64,000 bases of DNA from Candidatus Heimdallarchaeum aukensis (lineage in GTDB: Archaea > Asgardarchaeota > Heimdallarchaeia > Heimdallarchaeales > Heimdallarchaeaceae): contig CP084166.1 in the NCBI GenBank assembly GCA_021513695.1, positions 416,001 through 480,000 of the forward strand, in the 5' to 3' direction. The notes under the pieces were generated by a model that was given only the letters and a program-made list of their open reading frames with translations, ran no database searches and was not told where the DNA came from. Made by a program: the position numbers and the translations under genes. Below, one piece after another: positions 20,242 through 29,702 of the stretch (position 1 is its first letter; each line of letters starts with the position of its first letter).

Positions 20242-21156
20242 ATGAAAATTGGTTTTTCTATTCCAATATCAGAAAATAATAAAAATCAGTTACATTATGT
20301 TAAAAATCTTAACGATTTAGGAATAGAACAATTTTGGATAGGAGATAATCCTCCTGTAAACAACGCTTTTCTCACTATTGAACATATTTTAAGTAGAATA
20401 GAAAAAATTACTTTAGGAACAGGAATTACTTCTCCCTTTTATTATTCTAAACAGACTTTAGTAGGCACAGTAGAGTATTTCATAAAAAATTATGGTAAAA
20501 GATTCATTTTGGGGTTGGGTTTTGGAAAAAAGAAGTCTTTTTTTGACAGTAATGAGAGATTAGATTTTAGAAAATTTCAATCTTACACTCATGAATTAGT
20601 AGAAACAGTTAGACACAGATTACAGAAAAACAATTTGCAAGATTCTTTTTCTTATGCTATAGGAGGTTTAGGTAATAGTATATCAAAATTTGCTATTCTC
20701 AATGCTGACATATTCTTGGTGAATAGTGCTTCTAAATATGATCTCAAGCGAATAAATAAGATATTCAACAGTTTTGATGATAAAAAGAAAAGCCAAGTGT
20801 TTCTTTATTGTATGATGGAAATAAGAGAGAAGAAAGAAAACATTTCTCTCAAATTATGGAATATAGTTAAAGACATAGCTCGCAACTCATCTCTAAATAT
20901 ATTGGAAGAGCATAACTACTCTCAAAGTATGATAGAAAAAATAAAGCAATTACCTCCAGAATACATGTTTAAAATTCCTGAAGGAGAAGTAGTTCATATA
21001 GTCAATGATTTTGCTTTGGTTGGTAAAATCGATGAATTAGCGGAAAAGGTTTCTAATTTAATGAAAACTTCTAAAATAATCGATGGCTTAATTTTTGGGT
21101 GGACCAACGAAATTTATGACTACAAAAAAATAGCTGATTTTCTAGAATTGCTTTGA
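20242..21156 (+). CDS. Luciferase-like monooxygenase (LLM) family flavin/F420-dependent oxidoreductase
   Basis: 304 aa. MKIGFSIP...GIEQFWIGDNPP matches the LLM TIM-barrel N-terminal consensus (MKFG...GFDSVWVSDH). Confidence 0.55.
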   Translation: MKIGFSIPISENNKNQLHYVKNLNDLGIEQFWIGDNPPVNNAFLTIEHILSRIEKITLGTGITSPFYYSKQTLVGTVEYFIKNYGKRFILGLGFGKKKSFFDSNERLDFRKFQSYTHELVETVRHRLQKNNLQDSFSYAIGGLGNSISKFAILNADIFLVNSASKYDLKRINKIFNSFDDKKKSQVFLYCMMEIREKKENISLKLWNIVKDIARNSSLNILEEHNYSQSMIEKIKQLPPEYMFKIPEGEVVHIVNDFALVGKIDELAEKVSNLMKTSKIIDGLIFGWTNEIYDYKKIADFLELL

Positions 21157-21211
21157 ATTACGCCAATTTATTTGAATATATTTAAATATTTAATTATTAA
21201 GCGAAAAATCT

Positions 21212-22174
21212 ATGAGCTCTTCAGATTTTGCTGTAGAAACCAATAGGTTAACAAAAGATTATGGATCATTAAGGGCAGTAAATGAAATTGATCTATCTAT
21301 TGAAAAATCAGAAATTTTTGGTTTGCTTGGTCCAAACGGTGCAGGAAAAACTACTACCATCAGGCTTCTTTCTGGAATGCTAACACCTACTTTTGGAAAA
21401 GCTAAAGTTTTAGGTATGGATTCTGTGGAAAAATCCCTCCAAATCAGAGAAAAAACAGGATTACTGACTGAAACCCCTTCGATTTATGACAGATTAACTG
21501 TTAGAGAAAACCTTACTTTCTTTGGTAGAATATATGGAGTTAAAACTGATTCCTTGAGAAAGAACATTGATAAATTGTTGGATATTTTTGATTTAGAGGA
21601 GAAAATAGATACAAAGGCAGGTACCTTATCAAAGGGTATGCGACAGAAAGTAGCAATAGCAAGAACACTTATTCATGATCCTGAACTCATATTTCTTGAT
21701 GAACCTACAGCTTCTCTTGCTCCTGAATCAGCTAAAGTTGTTAGAGATCTAATCCTTAATTTAGCAAAGGAGAGTAAAAAAACTTTCTTTATTGCAACAC
21801 ACAACCTCTATGAAGCTGAAATACTTTGTGATAGAGTAGCAATTATAAACAGAGGAAAAATTCTTGCAGTAGGAAAGCCTAAAGAACTCAAAGAAATGAT
21901 GAAGGGAGAAACATATACGATTATTAAATTCCAAGAATGGAACAAGGAAATAGAAAACTTTCTTGAAGCACATAATTACAAGATAAGTAATCTTGCCAAA
22001 GAAGAAAGAAAAATACACATAAAATTAAAGGACATTGAAAAAGAAACACCAGCTTTAATTAAAAAATTAATTGAGAATAATTACAACATTGTAGAAGTTT
22101 TCCACGAGAGACCTTCTTTAGAAAAGATCTATCTTGAACTAATAGAAAAAGAATCAAATGGAGGATTGAATTAG
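21212..22174 (+). CDS. ABC transporter ATP-binding protein
   Basis: Walker A GPNGAGKTTT, Q-loop, signature LSKGMRQKVAIA, Walker B LIFLDEPT and an H-loop. Confidence 0.9.
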   Translation: MSSSDFAVETNRLTKDYGSLRAVNEIDLSIEKSEIFGLLGPNGAGKTTTIRLLSGMLTPTFGKAKVLGMDSVEKSLQIREKTGLLTETPSIYDRLTVRENLTFFGRIYGVKTDSLRKNIDKLLDIFDLEEKIDTKAGTLSKGMRQKVAIARTLIHDPELIFLDEPTASLAPESAKVVRDLILNLAKESKKTFFIATHNLYEAEILCDRVAIINRGKILAVGKPKELKEMMKGETYTIIKFQEWNKEIENFLEAHNYKISNLAKEERKIHIKLKDIEKETPALIKKLIENNYNIVEVFHERPSLEKIYLELIEKESNGGLN

Positions 22175-22990
22175 ATGAGATGGGATAGAATTTGGGCTTT
22201 AGCTAAAAAAGATATTAAAGATTATACTAAATCTAAATATGTTTTCTTTACAATTATCTTCATGCCATTATTTCTTTCTCTTATAATGGCAATATCAGGT
22301 GTTTTACCACTAGTTAGTATTCCTGAAGATGAGGTCGATGAAGATGATTTTGCTTCTATCGATAATATTGTAGCAAATGTGGTAAAAGGCTGGAATGACT
22401 TTAATCCCAAACAGAAAATGCTAATTATTAGTGCTTATGGGATGCTATTCTTTGTTGCTCTCATACCAATAATTATACCGTCAATAATAGCTTCGGAAAC
22501 AATAGTAGGCGAAAAAGAAAGGAAAACAATGGAAGGATTAATTGCGTCTCCTCTCAGCGAAGGAGAGATAGTAGTAGGAAAAATAGTTTCTGCTTTTCTA
22601 CCCTCAATTATAGGAACAATTGTTGCTTCAATTGTTTATGCGGTAAGTGTTGATATTATGCTATATCGTGAGATAGGAAGACTTCTCTTTCCAGATCCTT
22701 TGATTATTTTATTTACATTCGTTATCAGCCCCATAACAACTATCCTTTGCGTAGAACTGATGATAATGATTTCAACAAAGATGTCAAGTGTAAGAGATGC
22801 CTATCAAATTGGTTCGCTTGTAGTTATGCCTGTGTTCTTCTTTGTTTTTCTTCAGATGGTGACCTTCTTCTTTTCAAGTTTATTATCAATACTAGCAGGA
22901 ACTACAATACTTATCCTATCTACAATTTTCTTCTACAAGCTTGCAGAGAATATTTTTGACAGAGAAAAAGCATTGGTAAAATTAGTTTGA
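22175..22990 (+). CDS. ABC-2 type transporter permease
   Basis: 271 aa with six predicted TM helices. It lies 0 nt after the ABC ATPase stop, so it is translationally coupled. Confidence 0.7.
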   Translation: MRWDRIWALAKKDIKDYTKSKYVFFTIIFMPLFLSLIMAISGVLPLVSIPEDEVDEDDFASIDNIVANVVKGWNDFNPKQKMLIISAYGMLFFVALIPIIIPSIIASETIVGEKERKTMEGLIASPLSEGEIVVGKIVSAFLPSIIGTIVASIVYAVSVDIMLYREIGRLLFPDPLIILFTFVISPITTILCVELMIMISTKMSSVRDAYQIGSLVVMPVFFFVFLQMVTFFFSSLLSILAGTTILILSTIFFYKLAENIFDREKALVKLV

Positions 22991-22994
22991 TTTT

Positions 22995-23063
22995 CTTTTC
23001 TCTTTTTTATTTTTATTTTCAGAAAAATTTTTATTAAATATATAAGGATATAATTGAAGGGGT
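22995..23063 (+). promoter_or_regulatory. Conserved 5' region of the tandem surface-protein paralogs (putative BRE/TATA plus an AGGGG SD-like box before a TTG start)
   Basis: cagaaaaatttttattaaatatataaggatataattgaaggggtt TTG. An almost identical string precedes the downstream paralog at 25228..25302. Confidence 0.3.
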
Positions 23064-25118
23064 TTGAACAGAGCAAAAAAAATAGTACCTTTAGCTATAA
23101 TATTTGTTCAAATAATTCTTTTTACTAGCTTACAGTATAGTTCCGTCAATGCAGATGAGATTCAGTATAACGTAATTGGAATAAACATCAATTCCGATAG
23201 TGATTTTATTGATTTTGCAAGGACAGGAGCAGGAACTAAAGAAGATCCCTACATAATTTCAGGGTATCACTTTGAGTACTATGAAATTGGGATATTTATT
23301 TCACAAACAAGTAAATATGTCATAATAACTAACTGTTCTTTTTCTAACATCAAATATGAAGCAATAAGATTGTGGTCTGTCAAATCTGGAACAGTAAGAA
23401 TAGAAAACAATACGATTGTTAATGCAAAAGTGGGAATATTCCTATATGAAGCTCCAGATTGTACAATAATAAGTAATAAAATAATGAACTGTTCTGCTTT
23501 TGCAATTAAAGATGATTTTTCTAGAATAGGATCAAAAATTATGAACAATACACTTTATAACAACGAAGAAGGAATAACCATAAGTGAAACTAATTACACT
23601 CAAATACTGAATAATTACATAATTTACAGTAGAAATGTTGGCATTTATTTAATGGATACCACAAATGGAACAGAAATACATCATAACTTCTTCTTAAATG
23701 CTAACAAACCTGCTTTTACAACAGCTTGTAGTTATGGATATTATAATAATTGGACATCAAATTATTGGAGTGATTGGGATGGTTCAAGTCCATATAAAAT
23801 AGAGAGTAAATATGAACAAACTTTTGACACAAATCCTTTAAGTTTCGATGACTCTGATGGAGACAAAATAATCGATATTTTAGAACTTGTTATGGATATG
23901 AATCCAGAATCAACCGACAACGACTCTGATGAAATTTCAGATTATGATGAATTACTTATTTATGCAACAAACCCTAATACAATAGATACAGATGAAGATG
24001 GAATAACAGATTATGATGAAATATTTGTATATTTAACAAATCCGAATACACAAGATACAGATAAAGATGGAATAACAGATTATGATGAAGTATTTGTATA
24101 TCATACAGATCCGAATAAAAAAGACTCAGATGGTGATACCTTTTCAGATTATGAAGAAATATTACAGAAAACCAATCCTAGGAAAAGTTATAGTAATCCA
24201 ATTACAAAAAAATATTTGACAATCTTTCTTCCAATTTTTTCAGGTTTATTTGGTGTTGCATTTCTTTCAACTAGATATTACTCTAACTCAAAGAAAAACA
24301 AAATTAAGGTAATCTTTGACACATGGAATGAATTTTTCAATGAATGGGAAAAAATAATTGAACAGATAAATAAATCAGGAAATTCAGAAATAGAAGAAAT
24401 AATCTTTGAGGTAAATCAGTTAAAAGAAAAAAAAGTAGATGAGCTTGAATTTGTCAAAAAAATAGTAGCTCAATCAAAGAAACTACTTATAGAACATATG
24501 AAATTCAACGTTGAATTAAGTTTACAAAAATACAAAAAGCAAATAGAAATTTTTGTTAACCTACAGAGTAATTTGATTGATAAAGCTTTAATTACCCTTA
24601 ATCAAATAACAGAAAATACAATTCTTAATGCTGTAAAAGATTATTTGTGGATGAGATTCGTTTATTTGTATAGTACTACTAGCAAATCAGAAGCAATTAC
24701 CACTATTGAAGATGTGAGTGGAGATGCACTTTTTAACAAGTTCATTAAATTTTATAGATCTTTAGATTATGAGGAAAGACTGAAAAAAGAAATATCCAAC
24801 TTAGCAGAAGAAGTAAAATTTCAGATAAATCAAGCAAAAAAATATGAAATTGAGCTTATAGAAAGTTCAATAAACTCTATTATTGATTCTCTATTTGATA
24901 AATTTAATAAACTTGAGATCGATATAAATATTCTTCAAGAAAAAATCAAGGATATAAACATCGCTCAGATTAAACTAGATAATCCTTCCGAAACTTTTGT
25001 TAGAATCGAAAATATAGTAAAAGAAGAAGTGAACATACAAATGAAAGATAAAGAAGAGTCTATTCAGTCTAATCTTTTCTCTAATCAAGAAAAAGGGTTA
25101 AAGAATCCGCGTGAATAG
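23064..25118 (+). CDS. Receptor-like type I membrane protein: signal peptide, right-handed parallel beta-helix, TSP3-like Ca-binding repeats, a single TM helix, and a cytoplasmic coiled-coil domain. TTG start.
   Basis: 684 aa. Beta-helix rungs (NNTIVNAKVGIFLY, CTIISNKIMNCSAF, NNTLYNNEEGITIS). Four DTDxDGITDYDE repeats. A TM helix (IFLPIFSGLFGVAFLS), then a 300-aa K/E-rich heptad region. Confidence 0.7.
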   Translation: MNRAKKIVPLAIIFVQIILFTSLQYSSVNADEIQYNVIGININSDSDFIDFARTGAGTKEDPYIISGYHFEYYEIGIFISQTSKYVIITNCSFSNIKYEAIRLWSVKSGTVRIENNTIVNAKVGIFLYEAPDCTIISNKIMNCSAFAIKDDFSRIGSKIMNNTLYNNEEGITISETNYTQILNNYIIYSRNVGIYLMDTTNGTEIHHNFFLNANKPAFTTACSYGYYNNWTSNYWSDWDGSSPYKIESKYEQTFDTNPLSFDDSDGDKIIDILELVMDMNPESTDNDSDEISDYDELLIYATNPNTIDTDEDGITDYDEIFVYLTNPNTQDTDKDGITDYDEVFVYHTDPNKKDSDGDTFSDYEEILQKTNPRKSYSNPITKKYLTIFLPIFSGLFGVAFLSTRYYSNSKKNKIKVIFDTWNEFFNEWEKIIEQINKSGNSEIEEIIFEVNQLKEKKVDELEFVKKIVAQSKKLLIEHMKFNVELSLQKYKKQIEIFVNLQSNLIDKALITLNQITENTILNAVKDYLWMRFVYLYSTTSKSEAITTIEDVSGDALFNKFIKFYRSLDYEERLKKEISNLAEEVKFQINQAKKYEIELIESSINSIIDSLFDKFNKLEIDINILQEKIKDINIAQIKLDNPSETFVRIENIVKEEVNIQMKDKEESIQSNLFSNQEKGLKNPRE

Positions 25119-25227
25119 CTTTATTTCTCTTTTATAGTTGATACTTTTATTACAATGAACTTACTCACAATCTCTCTCCAAAAATATGAAATATAATCTT
25201 TCTTCCTAATGAATCAAACATTATTTA

Positions 25228-25302
25228 TAATCTAATTTCACTTTTCTTTTTTCAATTTTAGAAAAATTTTTATTAAAGGTACAAAGATATGATTGAAGGG
25301 GT
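25228..25302 (+). promoter_or_regulatory. Duplicated 5' region of the second paralog (same BRE/TATA-like and SD-like boxes, TTG start)
   Basis: tttcaattttagaaaaatttttattaaaggtacaaagatatgattgaaggggtt TTG. This matches 22995..23063. Confidence 0.3.
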
Positions 25303-27288
25303 TTGAAAATAAAAAAGTCAAAATCTAATCTGTTAGTTTTGTTTTTAATATTGTTCTTTACTAGTTCTACCTATTTTCATATAAAAGCAGATGATAATAC
25401 AAAATCAGGTTTTGCAATTCAAATCTCTTCTAACGATGAATTTTCTTTATTTTCAAAAGCAGGTAACGGAACTAAAGAAAATCCCTATGTTATCTCAGGA
25501 TATATCATTGAACACTTCGAAGCAGGTATTTTTATATCTCAAACAACCAAATTTTTCGTTATTACTAATTGTACTTTTCTTAATCTAAAATATGAAGCCA
25601 TACGAATAATGACAGTAGATGTTGGTAATGTTAGAATAGAAAATAATACGATTATTAATACAAAGTTTGGAATTTATATATATCAAGCTCCAAAAAGTAT
25701 TATTGTAAATAACAAAATCGTTAATTGCACTGTATCAGGAATAAGAGACGAATTTTCAGGAATAGGTTCTAAAATTGAAAACAACACTCTTTACAACAAT
25801 GAAGAAGCTATTACAATTTATTCAACAAATTATACTCAAATATTAAATAATTATATAATCAAAAGTCGGAAAGCTGGCATATTTCTATTGTGGAAACCAA
25901 ATGGAACAGAAATACATTATAACTTTATTCTAAACTCAGTAAAACCTTATATTGCAACTGCTCACAACGAAGGATTCAATAATAATTGGACATCAAATTA
26001 TTGGAATGACTGGAATGGAACAGGAGATTATCAAATAAGTAGCATTTATGAAACAACATTTGATAAAAATCCTTTGAGTTTTAATGACACTGATGGAGAT
26101 AAAATAATTGATATTTTGGAACTTGTAATGAATACAGATCCTTATGTGGTAGATAGCGACAATGACGGAATTGATGACTATAATGAATTGCTTAATTATG
26201 CAACAAACCCTAATGCCCAAGACAGTGATGGAGATGGAATATCTGATTATGACGAAATAATTGTATATACAACAAATCCCAATGCACAAGACACTGATGG
26301 AGATGGAATAACAGATTATGATGAAGTATTTGTTTATGGAACTGATGCAAAGAAACGAGATACTGATGGCGATACTTTTTCTGATTATGAAGAAATATTA
26401 ATGAAAACTAACCCTAAAAAAAGTTACAGTAATCCTATTATTAGAAGATATCTAACCATCTTAATTCCTACTTTTTCAGGAGTACTTGTTATTGCAGCTT
26501 TTTCAACTAGATACTATACCAACTCAAGGAGAAACAAAATTAAGGTGATTTTTGAAACATGGAATGAATTTTTCACTGAGTGGGAGAAAATAATTGAGCA
26601 GATAAACAATACAAAAAATTCAGAAGTTGAAGAAATAATATTTGAGGTAAAGGAACTTAAAAATAAGAAAATTGACGAACTTGAGCTTGTAAAGAAAATA
26701 ATCAGTCAAGCTAAAAAATTACTTATCAATCATATGAAGTTCAATGTTGAATTAAGCTTACAAAGATATAAAAAGCAAGCTGAAATTGTAATTAATCTAC
26801 AGAATAACTTAATTAGCCAAGCATTAACTGCTCTTAATCAAATAACAAAGAATACAATACTAAACGCTGTAAAAGATTACTTGTGGATGAGATTTGTTTA
26901 TCTATATAGCACAACAGAAAAATCTGAAGCCATAACTACTATTGAAGATATAAGTGGAGACACTCTTTTTAACAAGTTTGTCAAATTTTACAAATCATTA
27001 GATTATGAAGAGAGATTGAAAGAAGAAGTTGCTCATTTGGCAGAAGAAATCAAATATCAAATAAGAAAAGCCAAAGATTATGAAATTGATCTTTTAGAGA
27101 GTTCAATAAATTCAATTATAGACTCTTTACTTGATAAGTTTAACAAGCTTGAAGTTGATATTAATTTTCTTGAAGAAAAAATAAAAGACATTAGTGTTGA
27201 ACAGTCCAAGATCGATAATCCAAAAGATGCCTTCTTAAAAATAGAAAAAATAGTTAAAGAAGAAGTGAAAGAACAAAAAAGCAATTAA
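25303..27288 (+). CDS. Tandem paralog of 23064..25118 with the same architecture: beta-helix, TSP3-like repeats, TM helix, cytoplasmic coiled coil. TTG start.
   Basis: 661 aa, collinear with and similar to the upstream gene along its whole length (eyeball estimate roughly 60-65% identity). Confidence 0.7.
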   Translation: MKIKKSKSNLLVLFLILFFTSSTYFHIKADDNTKSGFAIQISSNDEFSLFSKAGNGTKENPYVISGYIIEHFEAGIFISQTTKFFVITNCTFLNLKYEAIRIMTVDVGNVRIENNTIINTKFGIYIYQAPKSIIVNNKIVNCTVSGIRDEFSGIGSKIENNTLYNNEEAITIYSTNYTQILNNYIIKSRKAGIFLLWKPNGTEIHYNFILNSVKPYIATAHNEGFNNNWTSNYWNDWNGTGDYQISSIYETTFDKNPLSFNDTDGDKIIDILELVMNTDPYVVDSDNDGIDDYNELLNYATNPNAQDSDGDGISDYDEIIVYTTNPNAQDTDGDGITDYDEVFVYGTDAKKRDTDGDTFSDYEEILMKTNPKKSYSNPIIRRYLTILIPTFSGVLVIAAFSTRYYTNSRRNKIKVIFETWNEFFTEWEKIIEQINNTKNSEVEEIIFEVKELKNKKIDELELVKKIISQAKKLLINHMKFNVELSLQRYKKQAEIVINLQNNLISQALTALNQITKNTILNAVKDYLWMRFVYLYSTTEKSEAITTIEDISGDTLFNKFVKFYKSLDYEERLKEEVAHLAEEIKYQIRKAKDYEIDLLESSINSIIDSLLDKFNKLEVDINFLEEKIKDISVEQSKIDNPKDAFLKIEKIVKEEVKEQKSN

Positions 27289-27295
27289 AAAGTTT

Positions 27296-28411
27296 CTAAT
27301 GTATCCTTAGATTAGGTGGAATAAGGTTTAGAACTCCACAGGCTGGACATTCTATTACTCCATTTTCGTTCATGTCTTTTAGATCTAAGAGTTCTCCACA
27401 ATTCCCTGCACAATACATGGGAATTAATTCTGGTCCTTCCTTTACTCCTTCAATTGCACTATTAATCTTTGGAATAACTTCTTTGTAGAGCCTTTCGTGT
27501 ATTTGATCCACTTCATAACCGTAGACCCATATAGCTATATTTCCACTTTTTTCTTTTCCTGTGATTATAAGTTCAACTATAGAAATATCTTTTTTTCCGA
27601 TTTGGGAGACAAACATCAGGTTTCCAATGAAATTTTCACTTGTATCCATTACTATCTGTTCGTTCACTGTTTTATAAGAATCAAATAAGGTTTTTAAAAC
27701 TTTAAAAGCGACTTTTGGCTTTGCATGGAATTCTATTGATCTTCCTAATGAATCGAGCTTGTTGTTCTTTAATTCCATTAAAGCTTCATAATAACCATTT
27801 TCTATTCTTTCTTTAAGTATTAAAGCTCGTTCCTCTCTTTTTTTGTAAGCTTCATAGATTAGTTCTGTAAATTCAGCTTGTTTTTTCTTAACTATTGTAA
27901 ATTTCGTTCCTTCATGTATCTTTACAGGGGGAAAAGGCAAGCTACCTATTATTTGAGACTGAACAATATATGGTTCTCTTAAAGTTGAAGGAACAATAAA
28001 GCTTAACGAAGTACCGTAATCGATTATTTTTCCAATGTTTCCCTCTCTTACTATTGAACTCCAATCTCCTCCAGGAATTGTAACTGTATCTGGAACAGCC
28101 AAAAACACAACATCTGCTCTCGGGGGAGCAGAAGATATTAAAGCTGTTACTTCTTCTCCATCACCTATTTCTCCTGCAATTCTTTTGTCCAAGTATATTA
28201 AAGGATTTTTTCCTTTTTTTACTATCTCATTGATTTCAGCAAAAACTGAACTAGTCCTTCCAATTGTAGAAGAAAAGAGAAGAGCATATTTTTCATCATC
28301 TGCAAGTTCTAATTCAGTATCTTCTGGTAAAACTATACCTATACCGTTTCTAAAAACTAGTTTAACTTTACATGTAACCGTTTTCACATTCCTCTCTAAG
28401 AAAATCCTCAC
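27296..28411 (-). CDS. Hypothetical protein with a C-terminal C4 zinc ribbon
   Basis: 371 aa. The C-terminus is CAGNCGELL...ECPACGVLNL (C-x3-C...C-x2-C). No other motif recognised. Confidence 0.4.
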   Translation of the reverse strand: MRIFLERNVKTVTCKVKLVFRNGIGIVLPEDTELELADDEKYALLFSSTIGRTSSVFAEINEIVKKGKNPLIYLDKRIAGEIGDGEEVTALISSAPPRADVVFLAVPDTVTIPGGDWSSIVREGNIGKIIDYGTSLSFIVPSTLREPYIVQSQIIGSLPFPPVKIHEGTKFTIVKKKQAEFTELIYEAYKKREERALILKERIENGYYEALMELKNNKLDSLGRSIEFHAKPKVAFKVLKTLFDSYKTVNEQIVMDTSENFIGNLMFVSQIGKKDISIVELIITGKEKSGNIAIWVYGYEVDQIHERLYKEVIPKINSAIEGVKEGPELIPMYCAGNCGELLDLKDMNENGVIECPACGVLNLIPPNLRIH

Positions 28412-28436
28412 ATTTATATTTTCCTATAAGAAAATA

Positions 28437-28542
28437 GTACTTCCGAATTATCTCAAAAAGTATGAATTGAGAACACGCCAATGATAGTATGAACTCCTAT
28501 AATTTTAACCTATAGAAATCGGTCAACTTATTGCGGAAGTAC
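28437..28542. mobile_element. MITE-like element, copy B, in inverted orientation relative to copy A. Same 9-bp TIRs and TA flanks.
   Basis: 104 of 106 positions match the reverse complement of 18352..18457. TA lies at 28435..28436 and 28543..28544. It is intergenic. Confidence 0.6.
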
Positions 28543-28752
28543 TAAAGAAAAAGAAAAAATAAAATTCTAAAAAGGTAGTTGGGGAAGAAATTCCAGAAAA
28601 TTAGCTAAAGTCCCATATAAGCCAAATAAAGAACCTAGAATTGAATAAACAAGTAAAGCATATTTTTGAAACCCAGAAATATTTATGCCTAACAAGGCTT
28701 CAAATTGTTTTTTATAGAATTTAACAGGAATATTAACAACAAAAAGTTGTTT

Positions 28753-29529
28753 TTAATTTTGTTCAAATTCTATTCTAATCTCATATGCAGTTTTTGAAGT
28801 CCAAATAGTTGGTGTGATGAAAAATTCTGCAACTATTTCTTCTTTATCTGGATCAAAATATACATTTCTTTCAGACGGGACAATATAACCAATTCCATTT
28901 GTAAAATAAGCTCTTACAGTCATTGAACCTTGATTAAGTCCATTTAGTTTTACTGTTGCTTCAGTTAATTTTTTACCCAATTTTTCTGTTGTCAAACTAT
29001 AAAGTCTAGCTTCTTCAGAACTAACTCTAGAGCAAGTAATTTCTAACTCATCCAGAGCATAACCAGTTTTTTTGATAAAAATAACTAATTTAAAGACTTC
29101 ATTAATACAAAAATTATATGGTACTTTTATCATTAAATTTCTACTATAGGTCTTTTCTTCTTTATCAACAGAGAGTGAAAGAGATTCTGTTTCTTCTGCT
29201 TCTTCGATCATTTCCAATTCAGGAGATTCAATTAATTTCTCATCAAGTGTCATAGGAGCAAAAGGAATAGGAGAGCGTACAGATTTTGGAAGTTCAGTTT
29301 CTTCTTCTGATGACATTGTTTTTACTGAAGAAGGAATAGAACGTCTTCTTTTTTTCTTACTTTTCTTATCTTTTCTAGATAATCTCATTTTATCCGTTAT
29401 TAGATCCTTTACATTTGAAGTGAAAATTTTCTCTTTTTGAAAATCTATCTTCTTAGAACTGAAAACAATAACAAATGTTACTAAGCTACTAACTAGAAAA
29501 ATTATTCCTAAAATAAAAGATGTTGACAT
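28753..29529 (-). CDS. Hypothetical N-terminally membrane-anchored protein with a Lys/Arg-rich linker
   Basis: 258 aa. N-terminal TM helix (FILGIIFLVSSLVTFVIVF), then a KKSKKKRRRS stretch. Confidence 0.35.
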   Translation of the reverse strand: MSTSFILGIIFLVSSLVTFVIVFSSKKIDFQKEKIFTSNVKDLITDKMRLSRKDKKSKKKRRRSIPSSVKTMSSEEETELPKSVRSPIPFAPMTLDEKLIESPELEMIEEAEETESLSLSVDKEEKTYSRNLMIKVPYNFCINEVFKLVIFIKKTGYALDELEITCSRVSSEEARLYSLTTEKLGKKLTEATVKLNGLNQGSMTVRAYFTNGIGYIVPSERNVYFDPDKEEIVAEFFITPTIWTSKTAYEIRIEFEQN

Positions 29530-29702
29530 TTATATGAGGATATATATTATGTTTGATGAAAATATATTCCTAATAACAAAAATAATTGAAATATCAACTT
29601 TAAAGTTATACAGAAGACAAAAAAAAGTTTTTTTGATAATTATGTAGTACCCATTAATTTTAAAAATAAATAAATAGATTTGTTTTTTGAGCAAATGGGA
29701 TA

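Noticed and set aside
28035-28484. 149-aa plus-strand ORF overlapping MITE copy B
   Set aside because: It is antisense to the well-supported 27296..28411 gene and runs into the MITE. It has no coding-like features.
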